Origin: an uncultured Lachnospiraceae bacterium
GTDB taxonomy: Bacteria; Bacillota; Clostridia; Lachnospirales; Lachnospiraceae
Assembly (NCBI GenBank): GCA_949949005.1
Contig: CATLHM010000001.1
Location: 193,491 to 257,490 of the forward strand
Length of the DNA: 64,000 bases
Reading direction: 5' to 3'
The notes beneath the pieces are model-generated. The model ran no database searches. It was given only the letters and a program-made list of their open reading frames with translations, and was not told the origin of the DNA. The translations under genes and the position numbers were made by a program. Position 1 is the stretch's first letter. Each line of letters begins with the position of its first letter. Positions 59,434-64,000 of the stretch are shown one piece after another.

Positions 59434-60801
59434 ATGGAAACAATAGAAAACACGCAGGAAAACAAGATGGGAGCCATGCCGGTCAACCGGCTTTTGATCA
59501 GTATGTCGCTGCCGATGATGATTTCTATGCTGGTGCAGGCGTTATATAATATTATAGACAGTATTTTTGTGTCGCGCATTAATGAAAATGCCCTGACGGC
59601 GGTATCCCTGGCCTTTCCGCTGCAGTCGCTGATGATCGCATTCGGCGTTGGGACGGGGGTAGGCATCAACGCCCTTTTGTCCAGGGCTCTGGGAGAAAAG
59701 GATTCCGAGAAGGTCAATAAGGCGGCGGTGAACGGTATTTTTCTGGATGGGGTCAACTTTGTGATCTTTCTGCTCATCGGGCTGTTTGCCACTACGCCTT
59801 TTTATCTGAGTCAGACAGGGGATGCGGAGATTTTCAGTTATGGGAAGCAGTACCTCTCCATTGTGTGCTGTTGTTCTCTGGGAATGTTTACCCAGTTTGT
59901 GTTTGAACGGCTGCTTCAGTCAACGGGGAAGACCTTTTACACCATGCTGACCCAGGGGATGGGGGCGCTGATCAATATTATCCTGGATCCGGTTTTTATA
60001 TTCGGATATTTCGGCCTTCCGGCCATGGGGGTGGCGGGAGCGGCCATCGCCACGGTGATCGGACAAACTGTTGCCGGTATTGCGGCCGTGGCGATCAATC
60101 TGAAAAAGAATACGGAGATAAAGCTGCAATTTAGAGGATTTCGGCCTGATATGGCGATTATCGGAGAGATTTACAAGGTGGGAGTTCCGTCTATTATTAT
60201 GCAGTCCATCGGTTCTCTCATGACCTATGGCATGAATCAGATTCTGCTGGCCTTTACCTCCACGGCGGCCACTGTGTTCGGTGTATATTTTAAGCTGCAG
60301 AGCTTTGTTTTTATGCCTATCTTCGGCCTGAACAACGGCATGGTGCCCATTGTGGCGTACAATTTTGGAGCGGGGAACAAAGAGAGGCTGACCCGGACGG
60401 TGAAGCTGAGCATGGTTTATGCGGTTTGCCTGATGGCGGCAGGTTTTCTGGTGTTCCAGATTTTTCCGGCGCAGCTCTTCGCCATGTTTGACGCTTCGCA
60501 GACCATGCTTGCCATTGGGGTACCGGCGCTTCGGATTATCAGCCTGAGCTTTGTCCTGGCGGGCTTTGGGATTGTCAGCGGCTCGGTTTTCCAGGCGCTG
60601 GGAAACGGGGTATACAGTCTCATCGTATCTGTGGCGAGGCAGCTTCTGGTGCTTCTCCCGGTGGCTTTCCTTCTTTCCCTGACAGGGAATCTGAATGCGG
60701 TCTGGTGGGCCTTTCCCATTGCGGAGCTGGTATCCTTCGGCGTGTCGGTGTTTTTCCTGATACGGATTTATCGGGGAGTGATCAGACATATTGGGGAATA
60801 G
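59434..60801 (+). CDS. MATE efflux transporter
   Basis: QALYNIIDSIFV; INIILDPVFIFG; GVAGAAIATVIGQ; 12 TM segments. Confidence 0.93.
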   Translation: METIENTQENKMGAMPVNRLLISMSLPMMISMLVQALYNIIDSIFVSRINENALTAVSLAFPLQSLMIAFGVGTGVGINALLSRALGEKDSEKVNKAAVNGIFLDGVNFVIFLLIGLFATTPFYLSQTGDAEIFSYGKQYLSIVCCCSLGMFTQFVFERLLQSTGKTFYTMLTQGMGALINIILDPVFIFGYFGLPAMGVAGAAIATVIGQTVAGIAAVAINLKKNTEIKLQFRGFRPDMAIIGEIYKVGVPSIIMQSIGSLMTYGMNQILLAFTSTAATVFGVYFKLQSFVFMPIFGLNNGMVPIVAYNFGAGNKERLTRTVKLSMVYAVCLMAAGFLVFQIFPAQLFAMFDASQTMLAIGVPALRIISLSFVLAGFGIVSGSVFQALGNGVYSLIVSVARQLLVLLPVAFLLSLTGNLNAVWWAFPIAELVSFGVSVFFLIRIYRGVIRHIGE

Positions 60802-60831
60802 GCATGGGAACGCTGTTGGAACCCTATATAT

Positions 60832-60873
60832 ATATCTGGTACTAATTTGACAGATATTGACAAGATTAAGGAG
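60832..60873 (+). pseudogene. 3' fragment of a paralogue of the 56566 gene
   Basis: ISGTNLTDIDKIKE versus ISGVNLTDIDEIKE. Confidence 0.7.
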
Positions 60874-61000
60874 GAGACAGCGAATCGAGGAAAGAAAAGA
60901 TAGGGGATATGGCACAAAAAAAGGATTGACTTTTGGCTATGAAAGAGTTGAAGATTACAGCAGTTAATTATCGAATAAAGGATTGGAAGAAGGATAAATT

Positions 61001-61768
61001 ATGAACAAATTTCTAAACAATCTGAACCGCATTGAATTTGTGGTCACAGAGGCGTGTACAGGCAGGTGTAAGCATTGCTCACAGGGAGAACACGATTTAA
61101 GCGGTGAGCATATAGACGGGGATGTGGCGGTAAATGCGATATATGATATATGCAAAAACTATAAAATCCAATCCTTAATGACTTTTGGCGGAGAACCTTT
61201 GCTTTATCCGGATACGGTTTGTAAAATCCACAGAGCGGCGAAGGAGATGGATATTGCAAAAAGGTCAGTGATTACCAATGGATTTTTCAGTAAGGATAAA
61301 GGGCGAATGAAAGAGGTAGCCGGTATGCTGGCTGAAAGCGGCGTATGCGATATACTTTTATCGGTAGATGCATTTCATCAGGAAACGATACCTCTGGAAC
61401 ATGTAAAGTATTTTGCGGAATGTGTGGCGGAAACCTCTGTTACGATCCGGGTACATCCCGCGTGGCTGGTAAACGAGGAAGCCCCTAATCCATACAACAT
61501 AAAAACCCGGGAAATCTTGCGAGAGTTTACACAGGCGGGAATCAGTGTTTCTTCCGGAAATGTTATTTTTCCCAGCGGAAATGCAAAAAACTACTTGAAG
61601 GAATATTTTGGTGAGGGCAGGGAATACGTAAATCCCTATGAGGAGGATCCGACGGATGTAAAAACAGTCTGCTTTTCGCCCAATGGAGCTGTACTAAACG
61701 GAAATGTGTACAGGGAGAATATCATGGAAATTCTGGAGGGGTATTCTCCAAATAGCAAGGTGGTTTGA
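61001..61768 (+). CDS. Radical SAM protein
   Basis: CTGRCKHC; FGGEPLL; ITNG. Confidence 0.88.
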   Translation: MNKFLNNLNRIEFVVTEACTGRCKHCSQGEHDLSGEHIDGDVAVNAIYDICKNYKIQSLMTFGGEPLLYPDTVCKIHRAAKEMDIAKRSVITNGFFSKDKGRMKEVAGMLAESGVCDILLSVDAFHQETIPLEHVKYFAECVAETSVTIRVHPAWLVNEEAPNPYNIKTREILREFTQAGISVSSGNVIFPSGNAKNYLKEYFGEGREYVNPYEEDPTDVKTVCFSPNGAVLNGNVYRENIMEILEGYSPNSKVV

Positions 61769-61815
61769 AAAACAACCGACTAGTGGACAATAAGTCTGTT
61801 ATTTCCAAAAGAAGA

Positions 61816-61851
61816 AAAAGCCTGGAGGCCTGACACGCTTCCGGGCTTTTT
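61816..61851 (+). terminator. Second copy of the 36-bp terminator
   Basis: Identical to 56776-56811. Confidence 0.8.
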
Positions 61852-61901
61852 CTTCTTTTTACCTTGACATTTCGTCATGTAAATATATAATATAAATAGA
61901 A

Positions 61902-61941
61902 TTATCATAAATTATTTTATCATAAAATATTTTATCATAAA
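61902..61941 (+). repeat. Three TTATCATAAA repeats at 15-bp period upstream of the ATPase
   Basis: Copies at 61902, 61917 and 61932, downstream of TTGACA/TATAAT-like boxes. Confidence 0.7.
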
Positions 61942-61963
61942 TATCTTCATATTAGGAGCGTGC

Positions 61964-63385
61964 ATGAAATTCATAGGAAGACAAAGTGAATTATCAAAGC
62001 TGAACGATGAGTATAACCGTGAGAGCAGTTTTGTAGTCATCTATGGCCGCCGCAGAGTTGGCAAGACGACGCTGATTAAGGAGTTCCTGAAAGGAAAAAC
62101 TGCTTTTTATTTTCTTGCAACAGAGGAGCTTGAAAATCAGAGCATGAAGCGTTTGGCTGGCGTTGTGGGGCGGACAATCCAAAATAATCTGCTACAGAAA
62201 GCCGTTTTTTCAGACTGGCTCGATTTATTTCAGATCATTGCCGACTATAAGCTGGAAGAAAAGAAAGTTTTGGTTATTGATGAATTTCCCTATCTGGTGA
62301 AGGCGAATGCGGCCTTTCCCTCCGTTTTGCAAAACGCATGGGACGAGTTGTTTAAGGAAAGCAAGGTTATGCTGATTTTGTCCGGCTCGCTGATTGGTAT
62401 GATGCAGAAGCATGCGTTGGCTTATGACAGCCCTCTGTATGGCCGCCGGACGGCGCAGATGCGGTTGGTACAACTGCCCTTTTCTGACGTATATGGGGCG
62501 CAGCAGATTACCTTTGGCGAGGCGGTGGAACAGTATGCAGTAACCGGCGGAGTTCCCAAGTATCTGGAATTTTTTCAGGATAACCATGCGCTGATTGATC
62601 AGTTAAAAGAAACAACGCTGTCCAAAAACGGATTCCTGTATGAGGAACCCTATTTCCTGCTGAAAAGTGAGTCCATGACGGGAGTAAACTATTTTTCCAT
62701 CATTAAGGCGATTGCGGACGGCAACCACAAGCTGGGAAAGATTGCCGGGGTATTGGGGCAGGAGACCTCCGCATTGACCCCATATCTGGCAACCCTTGCC
62801 GGCCTGGGTTTCATTGAGAAAAGGACGCCTGTTACCGAAAAGAATCCTGAGAAGTCAAGGAAAGGATTATATTTCATTGCTGACAATTTCATCCGGTTCT
62901 GGTTTCGCTATGTATATCCCTATAAAGGGGAGCTGGAGCTGGATAATATGCAGATTGTGTTAGATGAGCTAGGCAAAGACTTTAGGGAAAACTTCGTGGC
63001 ATTTGCCTTTGAGGATATTTGCCGGGGGATATTTGCAGACCTGTGTAGAAAAAATGTGATAGCATTCAGCCCATCCCGTATTGGGGCATATTGGTTGAAT
63101 GATTATGACAGTGATACGGAAATTGATGTGATGGCGGTTGATCATCAACACAAACTGCTTTTTGCAGGGGAGTGCAAATATCACAGGAAACCGGTGGACG
63201 CTCCCGTCTACTTCAACCTGAAGGAAAAGGTAGCAGGTTCAGGAGAGATTGCCAGGGTATTCCCCCAATATCAGACAATCTACGGGCTTTTCAGCAAAAG
63301 CGGTTTTTCGCCAAGAATGCATGATCTTGCAAAGGAGAACAGAGAAGTGCTTTTGATCCATGAGGATAGCCTGATTGCAAAATAG
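61964..63385 (+). CDS. AAA+ ATPase with DUF234 and a PD-(D/E)XK-like C-terminus
   Basis: GRRRVGKT; IDEFP; DNFIRFWFRY; EIDV...GECK. Confidence 0.88.
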   Translation: MKFIGRQSELSKLNDEYNRESSFVVIYGRRRVGKTTLIKEFLKGKTAFYFLATEELENQSMKRLAGVVGRTIQNNLLQKAVFSDWLDLFQIIADYKLEEKKVLVIDEFPYLVKANAAFPSVLQNAWDELFKESKVMLILSGSLIGMMQKHALAYDSPLYGRRTAQMRLVQLPFSDVYGAQQITFGEAVEQYAVTGGVPKYLEFFQDNHALIDQLKETTLSKNGFLYEEPYFLLKSESMTGVNYFSIIKAIADGNHKLGKIAGVLGQETSALTPYLATLAGLGFIEKRTPVTEKNPEKSRKGLYFIADNFIRFWFRYVYPYKGELELDNMQIVLDELGKDFRENFVAFAFEDICRGIFADLCRKNVIAFSPSRIGAYWLNDYDSDTEIDVMAVDHQHKLLFAGECKYHRKPVDAPVYFNLKEKVAGSGEIARVFPQYQTIYGLFSKSGFSPRMHDLAKENREVLLIHEDSLIAK

Positions 63386-63417
63386 GGGGAAATTCCCCCT
63401 GGGGAAATTCCGCACGT

Positions 63418-63452
63418 GAGTAGGGAGAAAATCTTCCCTACTCAATTTTTTT
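63418..63452 (+). terminator. Intrinsic terminator
   Basis: GAGTAGGGAGA/TCTTCCCTACTC hairpin followed by a T-run. Confidence 0.7.
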
Positions 63453-63601
63453 CTAAGATTATAAAACTTTTTTCCCTTTCTACAGGTTATATTAGTATAA
63501 GAAGCAGCAAAAAGGAACCCTTGGCCTGGGGCGAAGCGATGGTTGAATCCGGCCTGCTATGAGTTCGCCTTTTGCGAAAATTGGGGGAAAGGAGAGAGGA
63601 A

Positions 63602-64000
63602 GTGGATGACAGAACCCTGATCTACAAAATACAGCGGGGGCAGAAAGAGCTCCTGAATGAAATTGCAGAAAAATATTATGACGATATTTACCGGTTCTGC
63701 TGCTATCTCACGGGACAGAGGGAGGATGCCTACGATCTGGCCCAGGAAACCTTTCTCAGATTCATTCAATATGTGGATCATTACCGGTACAGGAATTTGA
63801 AGGGGTATCTGCTTACCATTGCCCGGAATCTCTGTATGGATTATTTACGGCAGGGGAAAGGCGAGGTGCCCACGGATATGACGGAAGCTATGCCAAAGGA
63901 GTCTGGGGGCATGGAAGAGAGGGGAGGGTGCAGCGATGGGATTTCAGAGCTGGTGGAGAGGCAGTTTTTTCTGGGGGAGCTGCAAAAGCTTCCCCGGATC
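63602..64000 (+). CDS. ECF RNA polymerase sigma factor, 3'-truncated by the window edge
   Basis: GTG start; YYDDIYRFC; DAYDLAQETFLRF; YLLTIARNLCMDY. Confidence 0.88.
   Translation, partial: MDDRTLIYKIQRGQKELLNEIAEKYYDDIYRFCCYLTGQREDAYDLAQETFLRFIQYVDHYRYRNLKGYLLTIARNLCMDYLRQGKGEVPTDMTEAMPKESGGMEERGGCSDGISELVERQFFLGELQKLPRI

Noticed and set aside
63376-63452. GCAAA...GAAA hairpins resembling a c-di-GMP-I riboswitch
   Set aside because: Consensus second stem not found; overlaps a stop codon and is explained as a terminator region; an Rfam scan would settle it

Overview
A 64-kb chromosomal window from a Firmicute, most likely a gut Lachnospiraceae (inferred from gene content, AGGAGG RBSs and sigmaA promoters). 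1-15.6 kb holds two carbohydrate-uptake loci: the end of an ABC/GH39 beta-xylosidase operon, then a codon-atypical operon (SBP, two permeases, AraC, 2-hydroxyacid dehydrogenase, uncharacterised GHL6-like glycosidase, MBL hydrolase, garR, glycerate kinase). 15.6-36 kb holds a TetR/TauE/stand-alone acyltransferase locus, a ParE-type TA pair, a GH29 fucosidase, a broken two-component system next to an FtsX-type ABC exporter, an Rpn-family gene, a VTC-DUF4956-CotH operon behind a four-repeat Pho-box-like promoter, nagA, a His/Cys-rich COG0523 GTPase pair and a tRNA-Leu with the rare AAG anticodon. Downstream of the tRNA is a decayed integration hotspot (att-like duplications, arm-like repeats, two TA pairs, a VirB6-like pseudogene), followed by about 24 kb of small stand-alone accessory genes, a BlaI/M56 pair, a MATE pump and a partial ECF sigma. 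The best candidate for an undescribed system is the VTC/DUF4956/CotH module. All family calls come from motif recognition by eye; no database searches were run.
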